DNA of 58,767 nucleotides, counting the filler, from Dugesia japonica (Eukaryota): the NCBI GenBank assembly GCA_001938525.1. It is 5 parts of 5 records of this genome, joined end to end, with 100 filler letters (N's around TTAATTAATTAA, not from the genome) between each part and the next. Parts side by side here need not be neighbours in the genome. Positions count along the whole stretch, not along the records: positions 1 to 16,006 come from MQRL01639995.1; positions 16,107 to 29,382 come from MQRL01638256.1; 3 more parts are not named here. The stretch is one strand, 5' to 3'. This document shows, piece after piece, positions 12,986-27,000 of this stretch; the stretch's first letter is position 1, and each line of letters opens with the position of its first letter. Made by a program: the position numbers and the translations under genes. The notes under the pieces were generated by a model. It was not told the DNA's origin. It saw only the letters and a program-made list of their open reading frames with translations, and ran no database searches.

Positions 12986-13525
12986 TAATTATTATTATTT
13001 ATTATAATAATAATAATAATAAATAAAAAGAAGAATGTTAATAATTATAATTGTAAGGTATTTGATAGCTACGAATAATTAATAATATTGCTATAATATT
13101 GTTTTTGAATTTTTATATTTATATTTTGAAATTTTATAAAATAAAAAATTCATGAAATGGATTACAGAAATTAATAAAATTGATTGTAAGTTTTGATTGT
13201 AGATATTTGCTTAATATAAAAAGTGTTGAAGGAGAGACGTTTCATCATCTAATAATGATAAAGAATGATGAAATAATATTTATAAATAAAAATTTCAAAC
13301 AAATTATTTCATTAATTTTGTAAATAATATATTATATGTTATTTTATTACTTTTTTAAAATACCTTTAATTAAATAAGAAACTTCGGAGAATTTTAATTA
13401 CAACTGATAACTTATTAATGTTTAAAATTTAACTAATGAGAATCATCTCAAAACCAGTTAAGAATGAAATTTCTTTAATTCACGCTTTCAATAGTTATTT
13501 TACCAATTTTAAATACAACTAATAT

Positions 13526-13690
13526 TTAATAAAAGCTTCAATAAAAACAAATCAATTCCTGATGAAGACAAAATCGAAAATTCGAAATATCAAAAATCAA
13601 ATTTTGATCGAAGTTTATATTTTAATGAATTCAGTAAAACGATCAATGGTTATGTCCAACAATTATTCTCGCAATAATTGCAATTGTAAA
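13526..13690 (+). ncRNA. Family-A hammerhead repeat with short inverted 5' arm
   Basis: caattc-CTGATGA-A-GAC(aaa)ATC-GAAA-ATT-C^gaaat at 13553-13588, then the family body to caattgtaaa; inverted aataaaagcttcaataaaa upstream. Confidence 0.75.
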
Positions 13691-15626
13691 GAATTATATT
13701 ATTTTATATTTTTAAAAAAGAACTTCCGCAATTATTATTCGTGGATCAAAAATAGATTATTTTATCAAATTTATTTTTACAAATGAATTGTTTGATTTTG
13801 CTACAAATTAACTATAATTATACAAGATTTCATTTGAAAATTCTTGAATATTAAAAACGATCTCAAATCCATCTGATTATTTGATAGAATTTAATTAATT
13901 AATATTTTAAACTTTGCCTTTTTTTGATTTTCACTATTCTAATATTTGATGTTCATAAAACTTTTGATTTCTATATTTTGAGGGGGAAAAATAAAAATAT
14001 TTTTAATTTCTCAATTAAAATATAATAATGAAATTGATGTAAATAAACAAAAAAATAATAACATTAAAAATTGATTAATTTTCTCCAAATCAGATTAAGG
14101 GTTAGAAGAAAAATTTTACAGTAATTTATTTCTTTTTTTTTTATCGAAATATTTATATATTGAAAGGTTAATGTTTAAAGAATATTCCAAAACCAAACTC
14201 CAATTATTACAATAATAAATTTTATTTTATTGTTAATAAAATTTTTAAATTTGGAGCTTTTTATTACAAAAAAAAAATTTTCGGAACTTCTTTCTAATAT
14301 ATTTTTATACTTGAAATGCTAACCTTATAGTTGTTTCTAAAGAAAAAATCAAAATAAATATTAGCTACAATATTTTTAAAAATTACGAAGAAATTTTCAA
14401 CTATGATAATGATTATCCAGTTGAAAAATTAATTTTAAGTTATAAAATTGAAATTCAACAGAAATTTACGTGTCAACGTTTCATTCTTTAAATTTCATTA
14501 TTGGATTTTATTTGTATAGTTTACATTAACTTTAGTATTTCATGTTAATAAACAATTATTTTATGTATTTGGAAACAATGAAAAATAATTCAAAAGTTTG
14601 TTTTAAAGAATAAAACGGTTGGAACTCCTGTATTTTCTGTAACCAATTCTAATATTTAAACATGTCACGTTTACATTTTAGAAATATTTGAAATAATAGA
14701 AATATAATTCATTTCTATCGTGGAATATCCGACTTGTTTATCTGTATAGTGTTACTTAGTAACTATGTAAATCAAAGACAAAATTCAAAAACTAAAATCT
14801 TATAAATCAAAAAGATTACTAATATATTAGTATAAAATAAGAATAATCTTTTCATATTTATTTTAATATTTCATTTATTACAAATTTTTAATTTTATTAT
14901 TATTATATTACAAACCCAGTGGTGTGTGTGTGTGTTTCTTTGTGCGTCATGCTCAAAATTTTAAAAGACAAAAACATCCATAGTGAATATGATCAGGCCA
15001 CTTTCTGAAGTAATTGATGTTCCAAATAAGGTTGGTAGGAATCTGTTCAGCAAATCACATTTGCATGCCACATCGACGATAAGTATGTATCTTTTTATTT
15101 TTTCTTCGACAAATTCGTTTTTCTACGCATTCTTTGATCATAGAGCAACTTGGTGCTCATAAACCACTTAGTAAATTATTTTATTTGATTCCCGAATAAT
15201 AGGTTATGTTTATTTTTTGCATTTTAAACTTTAATAGTATAAACCAATGGTGGGCCAACTTTTTCAAGCCGAAAAACACGTAAGTAAACCTTTTTTTGCG
15301 ACACTAATTAATTTTACACACATTGAAGCGGTACCAAAAACTTTTTTTTAAAATTCTTTTTGAAATGACAGAAAGAATACAAAATAAAATCTTATTATTC
15401 TCTATAAGAATGAAAAATAACGTGATGTGTATAGGCTTAGCGTTGTGAACAGTGTTTTTTTAATTTCTTTGATAATGTATAATAAAATTAAAATTACAAT
15501 AATTAAAAACAATGTTTTACTAATCTAAATCACATAAATTTATATTTATAAATATATTAACACATGTTAAAACTTCTAATTGTTTAAATTAATAAAATTA
15601 TTGATTTTGTAATTGAACATTTTTAG

Positions 15627-16004
15627 AATCTCAATGGATCTCAAAACTTTCCACAAAAACAAATGAAAATCGAATGTCAGAAAACAATAGAAAATTCTGA
15701 TTTGGCACCCATTAATAGTATCAATTCTATGAGTCAGAACACCACTAATATCAATAGTATTCTATGCTCAAATTTCTTGCCAAACAATTTAAATACTACA
15801 ATTTACAATGATAATAATAACAATTCCAGTAGCCCATCATTTTTAGACATGAAAAGTTCACTGTATTCAGGTTTTAATCATCCAAAAAGTCCTGTCAGTT
15901 ACTTGTGTCCAAAATCCAATATTTCAGATTCTGATAAAATTATTGTTTATTGGTTGGTAAAAGACTTGAGACCTTATTCAATATTAGACGAAATAGGAAT
16001 CAAG
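15627..16004 (+). CDS. Internal exon (phase 0/0) ending in a hAT-transposase/ZBED-like motif
   Basis: Acceptor ttttag|AAT at 15626/15627 and donor AAG|gt at 16004/16005; 126 open codons, S/N-rich, ending DKIIVYWLVKDLRPYSILDEIGIK (resembles the hAT D-L-x-P-F-S-I-V-E-D-x-G-F segment). Confidence 0.65.
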
Positions 16005-16006
16005 GT

Positions 16007-16106
16007 NNNNNNNNNNNNNNNNNNNNNNNNNNNNNNNNNNNNNNNNNNNNTTAATTAATTAANNNNNNNNNNNNNNNNNNNNNNNNNNNNNNNNNNNNNN
16101 NNNNNN
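16007..16106. other. Artificial assembly spacer (44 N + TTAATTAATTAA + 44 N)
   Basis: Exactly 100 bp, six-frame stop linker, identical at four places. Confidence 0.97.
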
Positions 16107-17102
16107 AGACATAAAATGGTTTACATGAATTTAGAATTAAATGAAAAATAAAATAAATGAAAATAATATATTAATATTAAATAAATAGTCATATAAAAAT
16201 AAATGTCGCTATCTAAGTTTTGTAATAAATTAATTTTTGTAATAAAATCACTTTCATTTATTATTACAATATTAAAGAAGAAATAATGTACAAAATTTCT
16301 TTATAAATCATAGTTTTATTGAAAAATGTATTTTAAAATTTATTTGAAAATATTTGAAAAGTTATTAAAAGGTTTCCTATTGATTTTTTATTTCTATTAG
16401 TTATTAAATATTAAAAATAAAAGAAAGAAATTATAATTTATGCATATATACAATTTCTATAAATCATTATATAATTAAATTGTAATTTTATTTAAAAAAG
16501 TTTTATATAAAATTTATATAAAACGAAAATAAAAATCAAGTTTTAAAATAATCATTTAATTTATATATATATATAAATAATTTCTGTAAATAAAATAAAG
16601 TTAGTGTATCTAGCTGTGAGTCCATTTGAATGATTGAGGATATTGCTTGTAAATAATAGATTGCCGTATAAATATAATGGGAGATGATGGGCCGAAGGCA
16701 CTTACTAAATTTCAGGGCTTTGCTCTGAGATTTCCGGGGGGGAGCCTCTACCCATCAAAAGCTTCAAAATCATTAACAAATTCAAAAAATAAAGTAAAAA
16801 TCCGAAAAATTTTAAAACTTAATAATATGTAGGAAATTTAAAAAACAATCAAAAAATTCTACCCTTATATTTTTCAAAATATAATATTCTACACTAGTAA
16901 AAAAAATTCTACCCCCCCAGGGGAGGGTTTGGTGTAGTGCACCACTATGTCCCTACTGCCCTGGACTAATTAAAATTTTGCGCCCTTACATAGTATTATT
17001 ATAAAAACTCGATTTTATTATTTAAAATATTCGTAAATTCAAAACTGCGCCATTTAATTACACAAAAGAGAGTTTTTCAGAATTTTTATAATAATGTTCT
17101 AA

Positions 17103-17310
17103 TTTTATTAAAATAAAGCTTCGGTCAAAATTTTTCATTTGTTTTTAATAATAATTCTAATTTTCAACTTTGTCTTTGTCGAAAATTAGAAATATTATCA
17201 AAAGCAAAACAATTTTGGATTGAAGCTTTTATTTTAATGAATACTGAAAAACGATGAATTTGTTACGTTCAACAGTTATTCTCGTAATAATTCTTGCAAT
17301 TGTAAAACAT
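17103..17310. repeat. Family-A repeat in inverted (head-to-head) configuration
   Basis: ttaaaataaagcttcggtcaaaattt..aataattctaattttc mirrors gaaaattagaaatattatc..aattttggattgaagcttttattttaa; ends gcaattgtaaaac. Confidence 0.75.
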
Positions 17311-18062
17311 AAATGTTAATTTAATATTAATTTCTAATTTAAATATTTCTTTTCCGGTATTTTTTCTTGTTATATTTATCTATAATTTACTTATATTATA
17401 ATTTTTTCAAATGGTGGCTTTAGTGTTTTTCTTTCACGTTTTTATATGAAAAATGTCCCGTGATATGCACGACACGGGTTGTTTTTGATTAATTTTCATG
17501 GTACCTATTTTTTACAATTACTAGTAACTTTACTAGTAACTTTTATTAATAAAAATAGATTGACAACACAAATAAATTATTTATATATTTTTTCTGTTGT
17601 TTTTATTTCATTTCTACAATTTTTTTGTTGTATACCGAGCCTAACCAACACAGGCCCTGTGGGACGCCGTAATTCTTTCCTGAAACTATAATTTTTTTGT
17701 AAAAAAATTTCAATAAATGAAAATTGATGTGTTTCTTTGATATAATGGGAAAATATTTAATTTTAATTAATGAAAATTTTTTTTTTGATTTTGGATATTT
17801 ATTACTTTTTATTTAAAATGCAACCAGCTATAAGGTTACAAAATAGAAAAATTAACTGTGAAGACATTTAGGTGGTTCAGTCATGTTGTATACCATACTT
17901 GATTTCTATCTTTTTGTCTTTATGATCATTTTTCTGTTGTTAAGTTGTATTTTAATTAAATTTCGTTAAACATAGCAGTTTATGAATATAAATAAATTCG
18001 AATATGTATGTATGTAATGAAAGGTTACAATTTTACCTATATATTATTTAATAAATTTTTAG

Positions 18063-21000
18063 GAAAATGAGTTCAATGTTTCCGGTCTGGGTAAAGTAAA
18101 AGTTCATTTTTTGATTAAATATGCAACTTTTCGAAATGTCCCATACGAGAATTGTGACGAAGGCTATATTTATCCTGATTATAAATGTGATGTTGCTATT
18201 TCACATAATATCATCATTCCGTTTGAAAATAAGTGAATATTGTTTTATTCTAGCTATAATTTAAATGAATTATTAATTAATGTAGGAAAGAAATTTTATC
18301 ATACTTTTTGATTTAGAAATGAAGAAGAGTTTCTAGCCTTTGCATCCGCTATTAATTCAAAGTTAGATTTAGATTCAATTAAATTTAATTTGAATAAATT
18401 TATTGATGATGGTAATGGTGATGGTGCTGGTGGCTATGATGGAGATAGTGATGGAGATAGTGACGATGATGGAGATAGTGATGAAGAGGCTGATTGTGAT
18501 GGTGATAGTGATGATGATAGTGATGGTGATAGTGATGATGATGGTGATGGTGATGGTGATGGTGATGGTNNNNNNNNNNNNNNNNNNNNNNNNNNNNNNN
18601 NNNNNNNNNNNNNNNNNNNTGATGGTGATGGTGATGGTGATGGTGATGGTGATGGTGATGGTGATGGTGATGTTGATAGTGGTTATGATGGTGATGGAGA
18701 TAAAGAGGTTGAGGGAGATAGTGATAGTGAAGTTGACGATGATGAAGATGGTGATGGTGATGTTTGACGATGGTGGAGATGTTTCCTTCTGAGGTCATGG
18801 TGGAATTTTAAGGTCAAGGTCAACTGGTCTAAACTTTTATTTATGTATTTTTTGTTTAAATTAAGTAAGATTAATGATTAATTAAGTAAGTTTCTTCACA
18901 GGGTATATTAACATTACTCGTGCTGTGTAATATTAGTCCTAACAAAACGAGCACCGGAAAAATAACTCAACAAACATTTCAAAACACGATTGAAAATTAC
19001 ATAATTTATGTTCAAAAAACCTTTGCCAACTAAATACATAGAGAAATTTAAAAACAGTTAATCTTATTACATAAGATTTTACCAATTAAAATAATCTAAT
19101 GACATAATTTGTGTGCAAATGTTAAAGAAATGAAGCATCTTTAGAAAAAATACATTGAGACATTCCTGAGCTACTTTTTTATTTCTTCCACTGATACAAG
19201 TTTCAATTCGAAATCTTCTGGGTCAAAGGTAGCATGATTACGTGCGCCACATATTTAACTTCGAGAACCACGTATGTTTCAAACAATGTAAAGCTTTATA
19301 CGTATACATATTTTTATTTCTAGTTGAATTGTAAATGAATTTTTTTAAAATTATTATTATTTAAATAAATAATTACAATTTATAATTAATAATATAATTA
19401 TATATTATCAACGAAGCATATTTTCACTATAAGTCATTTAGACAATGTATAAATAACTTTCTATTCTGAGTATAATGACACAAGATTCAAAGTCTTACGA
19501 TCATGATCGAATGAGAAATTTCTAAAACAATTTTCGAATGATCCATTTCACAAATACTTTATCTTGGAAACTAAATATACTTATATAACAAATCCTATAT
19601 AACATATATTTAGTTTTTTAATTCTGAGTTCAACGATACCAAATTTGAATGAGTACGAACAAAAATGACCGAATAAAATTACAATAAAAAATTCGAAATT
19701 TCAAAGTTCCCGAGCAAATATTCAACAAGTTAACTTCGAAATCGAAAAATTGTTTACATTTTCGTAATGACCAATCGAATATCTTAAATTTCTAGATAAC
19801 TCAAATCTTTAGATTACTTCATCAGCAAGGGGAGACTGATCCTGTGTGCTATATATATAATTTGTAATTTATGGCATTATATATAATTTGTTTTTAAAAT
19901 TGTAAATAAGTATTTTAAATTGAAAAATGTTTATAAAAAATAAATGAATATTAAATATTAATTTTAAAATATATTTTATTATAAGAATTTCGAATATTTT
20001 AAGCTAATATTTTTTAATTACATAATTTTTTGTATTTTTTGATAAATTAAAATTATAATGGAAATTTCAGCTCAAGTACGATGTTTTTACATTTTTTAAA
20101 AAAAGCAAATTATATTTGATTGTTGTTGTTTTAATGAATCCTTAATTGAATGGGCTTGTTTACTAAATTTTACGATGAGTGTAGCAACCACATCTAATAA
20201 TGATGATTGTTAGACGAATCTGTAACATTCATCTGGGCATTTAAAAAATGAACACTTTTCATTCCGAGATTTTTTCAAGACAAAACAAAAACAGAACATA
20301 TACATTTGTCTTTTCAAACAAATTAAAAATTTTTATAACTGAAACTTGAAACAAAAAATATTAGTTTATCAAAATATTTTTNNNNNNNNNNNNNNAAATT
20401 CCATATCAAAACGTTTTAAAGAAAATTAAATTTATATCAGAAATTTAATAATTTCAAACATATGCATTTTATGAGTAAACATATTATTTATGACTACGAA
20501 TTATAACTTTTAAATATTAACTGTAAATTACATATTTTTAAATTTTTCAACAAATTATAAATTAAAAAATTGCTTTTCTTGAAACATTTGATTAAATAAA
20601 ATAACTAAAATAATATATTTAATTAATTTATTTCATATATTTAATTAATTTTTTTNNNNNNNNNNNNNNNNNNNNNNNNNNNNNNNNNNNNNNNNNNNNN
20701 NTTTTTTTAAACATTTAAATACGTAAAATTTTATGTTCACTAATTTATTTTATGATTTAATAAAAAATATTTAATAAAATAATTTCAATAATTTCGTCTA
20801 AATATACAAAAAATTTTAAATTGCTTTTCAAAACTATTTTTACAATGATGATTTTGATTTCATTAAAATGAAGCTTCGATAAAATTTGTTTTTGTTTTTA
20901 ATAATAATTCTAAAAAGTTAATTTCTGACGAAGACATAGTCGAAAACTATAATTGTTATCATAAACAAAAATAAATTTGATTGAAGCTTTATTTTAATGA

Positions 21001-24000
21001 AATCTCTAAAATAATCAATGGTTACGTCTAACAATTATTCCCACAATAATTATATTGATATAGATATTTATGATGATGAGAATGAAAATGATATTTAAAT
21101 AATAATCATAACAGCAATTATCGTAATTCATAATTTGTTTTAGATTGAGATACGAAAAGAAACCTTTTTCATATAGCAAAGAAGATCAAAAGTAAAAGGA
21201 ACATTAAATTAATAGTAGAACTTGATGAACTTTAATTTCGTAGATTATATTTTGGGTCTGATGTGTCAGAATCGATGGTTTACACTAAAGACAATGTTAA
21301 TGAATTACATTATTTTGCTGTCAGTGGTTATATTACTGATCGCTATTCATTAGTAAACAATTAATAAGTTATAATTTTATTTGGATTATAGATAGTAGGG
21401 TTATGCACTCAGTTATTTGATATTGATGTCTATGGGACACAATATTTAATTAGTTATTGCGGTTATGACTTCTTTCCGAAACCAGGGATTATTCATGAAT
21501 ACACTGGTAGAAATGATGAAACTTATACAATTATTACATATAATGTAGCACCTGCATGCTACTATTATCATTATGATATATCCTGTTGGAGAAAATGCGA
21601 ATCGGTAGAAGGCAGATTTCACTGCGATTCCACTGGGACAGAAATTTGTGAAGGAAGTCAGTATTTGAATAATACTTAGCTTAACGATTTGCATTATTAT
21701 TTTTATTATTATAATTATTATTATTATTAGGTAGATCTTTTAAAAATAATTGATTTTGCAAATCACAACAATTGATTTCACACATATTTATTTTCAAATT
21801 AAAACTGTAATGTTTGTAGAAAAACAATTACAAATAGAAATTAATCATTAATAAAAGTTATTTATCTAAATTTATATTGATTGAAAATATTCCTTTAAAT
21901 CCCCGTTCTTAAGAAACTTAAGAAGGTTTTCCACATTTCTAATTGTTTTCCATTTTCACCTTATACCGAATACCGTCTTTTGTGAATTTTCTCAATTATT
22001 TCATAAAGAGCTTCAAATCAGTTTTGACTTTTATTTCTACCTTAATTAGGACAAATTCTCCTACTTTGAATTCTTTATTAGTAGTATCTTTTGAAATTTA
22101 TTCTTTAATCTTCTCTGAAACTTCCGACTTCTAACATTTTTTTCCACTAAATTTCTTTACAAATACGATCTCATCCAAGCTCTTTCAAGTCATTTTCTGC
22201 TTTTTTGCATTCAATGTAAATTCAATTTCCTGTAAAATGTCTGCCCAATCTGTTTTTTTCTCTCCTAAAGTGTCGCCTTAATTAAATCTCAAATTTTCCT
22301 GAACTGTCTCTCAATTTGTCCGTTTGCATTGTGATAAAAAAGACTCGAAAACCTAAGTCTAATGTTTAGCCTCTGTGCAAACTCTCTCATAATTCTGGAT
22401 TCTAAGTCTTATCCAAAATCTAGTCTTATCTTTCTTAAGCATCCAAATCTAAAATTTCTGATCAAAAAGTGATTTTTGTATTGTTTCCTCTTTTTGTCTA
22501 AGCAATGTTATAAGAACCAGATATTTACTGCATTAGTCTATTATTCCAAGTATACATATTTTTCGTCCACTTGTTCCCCGAATAGCTCACATATATCTTG
22601 CTTAAATTTATATCTTCAGAAATGTTCAATTGTTCTTCTTTGTGAATATGACTTCAAACAAAGTGGTAGCTTATAATCTCTTTGTCTTCTCATTAATTTC
22701 TGTCATCATTATTTTGGTCTTCTGACAAATTTAATAACTACGAACTATCTTCTATATTTGGCTTCACAAATTCTATGCAATATATTTCTTTCTCATATAT
22801 TCGTACACCTTTTCAACTCCTGCATGACATAATAGTTCATGTATTTCTTCTATTGTTTCATGTATTTTGTCATCCGGAATTTTCATTTTCTTGCTTAAAT
22901 TTGTTTACTCAGAAATGTTTAATTGTTATTCTTTTTCCTTTTCAATTATGTTGAGTATTCTCGTTTTAATCTTCCTTTTCTTGGCATCTTCATGTGACAT
23001 TTGACATTGTACACATACCTAGCATCTTGGTCTAGATAATATATCTGCATTAGCATGTTGAATTCCTTTTCTAGTGTCATGTCTTGTCTACTCGGATAAT
23101 TAATCCATATCTGGAATTGTGATTTGATTTGTGTCTTCGTTGTCATCATAAAAGTTAAGGCTTTATAATTTGTTCTAAGAGTAACTCATCTACTGTAAAA
23201 GTTCTAAAAGCAAATTTAAATTTTTTGTATTTTTAAACGAAATCTATTAAAATCAGATTTGTTAAATATTTTAAATCAAATCATTAAAATAACGTGTTAA
23301 ATAAATTTTAAAATTTGTTTTCAGAAAGCCAACTTGAAATTTATAATTTGAATGGAATATAAAATTTTTGCAATTATATTAAATTAATTTATATTAATTT
23401 ATATTAAATTTTATATTATAGTTTTTAAATTTTGATAATTTCTCTGGGATTTGTAAAATTATAAAACTTCCGATTTTCAGCTTAAATATTTTTTATATTA
23501 TTTATTAAAATTTAAAAGAATCTCAATTAATTAAATATTTTTAGAAATGTTGTTATTCTTTTTTGTCGTTTCAAATATATTTTTTTAAATTTGTTTGAAT
23601 AAAAGAAATTTACATTCATAGTTTTGTTTTGTGAATAGATTTTTTGGAAGCTTTTTTTGAATTCGAATCTAGCATTGTGGCAACCGTAAACATCGATGCA
23701 ATCACAAGAGGTTGTTGACACATGAAGAATTATTTATAACACATGAAGAAGGTACAGGAAACAGGAGACAAAACATCGAAAAAGTTACGAAAAGAACTGT
23801 ATCGTCAACTGTATAGAGGAGAAGATTGGAGAGGCCATGAAAAATCTGTATGATTATGGTATCATCCGGAAGTGTAATTCTCAATAGAATAATTTAATAT
23901 TAAATACACTAAAAATAAAATAAAATCAGGAGATTCATTTAATTTTGCCAAATTAATCATATTTGGGTGTCCTAAAAAAGAACATTAAACATTCACATAT

Positions 24001-27000
24001 CAATTTGAATTTTTATATTAAAAACACTAAATAATAAAACCAAAACAAAGTTCCAATTTAAGGTTACATTTTACGGATATGTTAAGTGATTTGTTAAGAG
24101 CTTCCTGTACATTCACTTGCCACGGGTCAAAGGAAAATTTATTAATTTCGAACTCCAAAAAAACCATATCATAAAAACCAAAACCATATCAAGAAAAAAA
24201 CCATAAACCTTTTATCGAGACATTTTCGATTTTGAGATTTTTTTCTTTTTTTAAAACCAAAAATCATCACGCCTGAAAATAGAAAAATTATTATAGAAAG
24301 TTTATTGTTTTAGTTTAAATGGTTTGCGCTCGCAAACTATTCCAATAATTCACGCATTCGCAAATTATTCTCATAAATTATCAATTAAATTATTTTCAAA
24401 AAATTTATTTACTCTATATTGGTAATTTGAACTTTTTTAATTTGTAATTTAATTTGTAATTTAATTTGTAATTCTTTTGAAATAATCAATAATTTTTAAT
24501 TTAGAATTTTTCTTTTTAGACTTTGATACTGTGCTAGTCAAATATTATTACTATCTTCCAATCCAAAACTTTCGAGCATACAAATTATATTCAACGGTTG
24601 TACCAAAATGTATCATATACAATTATTGTTTAACCATTAGTAATGATATTTGCCCACAAACTTCACATAAATGTTATCCATTAGACAATTCATCATACGC
24701 GTGTTGTATGTTAATTTTGATTTTATATTTGATAATTAATAATGATTTTATATTATGCACTTTAATTCTAATTTGAAAGAAATAATAAGTAATTTCTATT
24801 TAAGCTTTTTGTCTAATGATAGTAAATAACGGATATTCCCGAGAAATATCGGTGATATTATATATTGTTTTCATACAATAATTGTTCAATACAGTAAAAC
24901 CCCCAAATTTGGAATCCTGCCTATTTGGAAAATTTCTAATGGGGAAACAATCTCTTAAATAATTTATTTTCTATTGTATTAAGAGAAAAAATCCCGGCCT
25001 ATTCGGAATTTAAAAACGTTAATGTGGAAAGACTTACTTTGTTAATTAAAATTTAATTAAATTGTGCTTTAATTAATTTTACAATGTTAGAAATAATATA
25101 ACTCAAAAATATAGTAATTAAAATCAAAAAATGAAATAAATTTTTAATTTAAGAAAATTCATGAATTTCGGTGCATTTCATTGTTTTTATATATTAAATG
25201 GTTATAAGGAAGCAGAAGAACGTTACAATTTTTAAAATTGAAAGTCGATTTTNACATTCAAGGTATTTTTATTTAAAATTTCTTCGAAATGGAGGGTTCA
25301 TTTTTTATCTTCAAATAATATATCAAATATAACACAACCCTCATAATGTGGAAAACCCGCCCAATTCGGAAAAATATTTTGGGAAAGGATTGTTCCACAT
25401 TAATGGGTTTTACTGTAATTTTATGCTTTAAATTTAGATTTTTATTTTGAATTGTGAAATTTTATTACGAATTTTCTAATTTCTGTTTGATGTGTTATTC
25501 GATTGATTAGGTTTAGGTATTTTGTTGTATTGGTTTTATTGAGTGTATTGGATATATTTTGTTGTATTTGGTATATTTGATTCATTTCAGTTCATTGAGT
25601 TTATCGGGTTTATTGGGTACATATATGTATTTAGTGGATCTATCAAATTAAACAAATATATTAGTTTTAATGAATGTACTGCGTAAATTGACTTTATTGA
25701 ATGAATTTAGTGGATTAGGTTGAATTATTAAAACATTAGTTGCAGTATGAGATGGACTATAATCAAGTTACTGGNCCAACATACCTTGAACTCGGAACTT
25801 TTAAAGTTATGTATCAAAACAAAACTTTCAACAATACATTTTACTGAAACTAAATACTTAGTAAATTTATATAAGACTTAATCAATCAAGTCGATTTTAT
25901 TGACAAATTTGTATGACTTATTGAATTTAACGGATCTAATAACGTTTAATATGTCTTAGGGAAATATATATAAATATCTATCAAATAGATAAATTTGACA
26001 GAATAAAAATGGGATTGCTTTCCAATATTTGTTATAAGTGTTTACGTAAACTACGCTTCCTGTAAAAGTTTAATCCCTTTTTAATTTAGATACGTGGTGA
26101 CAAAAACAATGGATAACTTGAACCCATCTGAATCATGGAAGAGAACTTGTATCACGATGATTCGAGCCGACTATCAAAACAAAGATATTGTGATAGTTGC
26201 TTAATGCTCTCGAACACTGAAAACCATTTGGCCTGAACTGGAGAAGTGCAATAGAGACTTTGAAGATGTGGCTAGAAGAAGGAAACATAAAAGACGATCT
26301 GAATGAGCTCGGATTGCTAATTTCTTGGATAATATGCAGAAGAAAGTGTTGCGGGACCCTGATATTGGTATTCAGGCTTTATCGCATGAATTGAATGTTT
26401 CAGCATCTACCTTGAAGCTTACACTCAATGAAAACCTTCGCTATTATTCATACAAACGCTGCAGAGGTCAGTTTCTTACCCAAAAAACCCGTGAAAATTG
26501 TCTTACAAAGGCAAAGAAACTTATAGCAAATTGAAACATCTTCCTGAAGTATAGTTTAGTGTGATGAACTTTTAATTTATCTAGTTGGTTTGAATTTTCT
26601 GTGTTGACTTAGAAATAAAGCATGTACTTTATCGGGTTAAGTAAAATGTATTGAATTTTATATAGTTCATTGGTTTCATAGATTTTAATGAGTGTATTGA
26701 ATTTAATGGGTTTAAGAAATTCATTTAGAATATTAGGTTGTATTGTTTATATTGAGTATTGTTGGGTTAGAATACAAAATTAATCTAACACAAATATTTT
26801 TTAAAAAGCAATAGTAAAATCTGAAACACTTCTGATTCATTGAAATATATATTGTATTGTATTGGATATGTTAAGTGTAGTGACTACATTGAGTGAATTT
26901 AGTCGATTAATTGGACAAAGTTGATTAAGCAGACCAATGGTTGTTGAATTAAATGGGTTATAGTAGTATACTATGAACTAAGTTTCTTCCCGACAGACTT

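Noticed and set aside
13562-13786. ORFs 13562-13786 and 6427-6618 sharing KRSMV.SNNYS.NNCNCK
   Set aside because: Translations of the same non-coding repeat; other copies do not keep the frame.
16051-16062. Recurrent TTAATTAATTAA as a biological repeat or recombination site
   Set aside because: Always centred in exactly 44+44 N; an assembly linker.
18390-18798. Three overlapping ORFs (poly-DG, poly-H, poly-MV)
   Set aside because: Products of a (GATGGT)n repeat lying inside an intron of the DSL-like gene.
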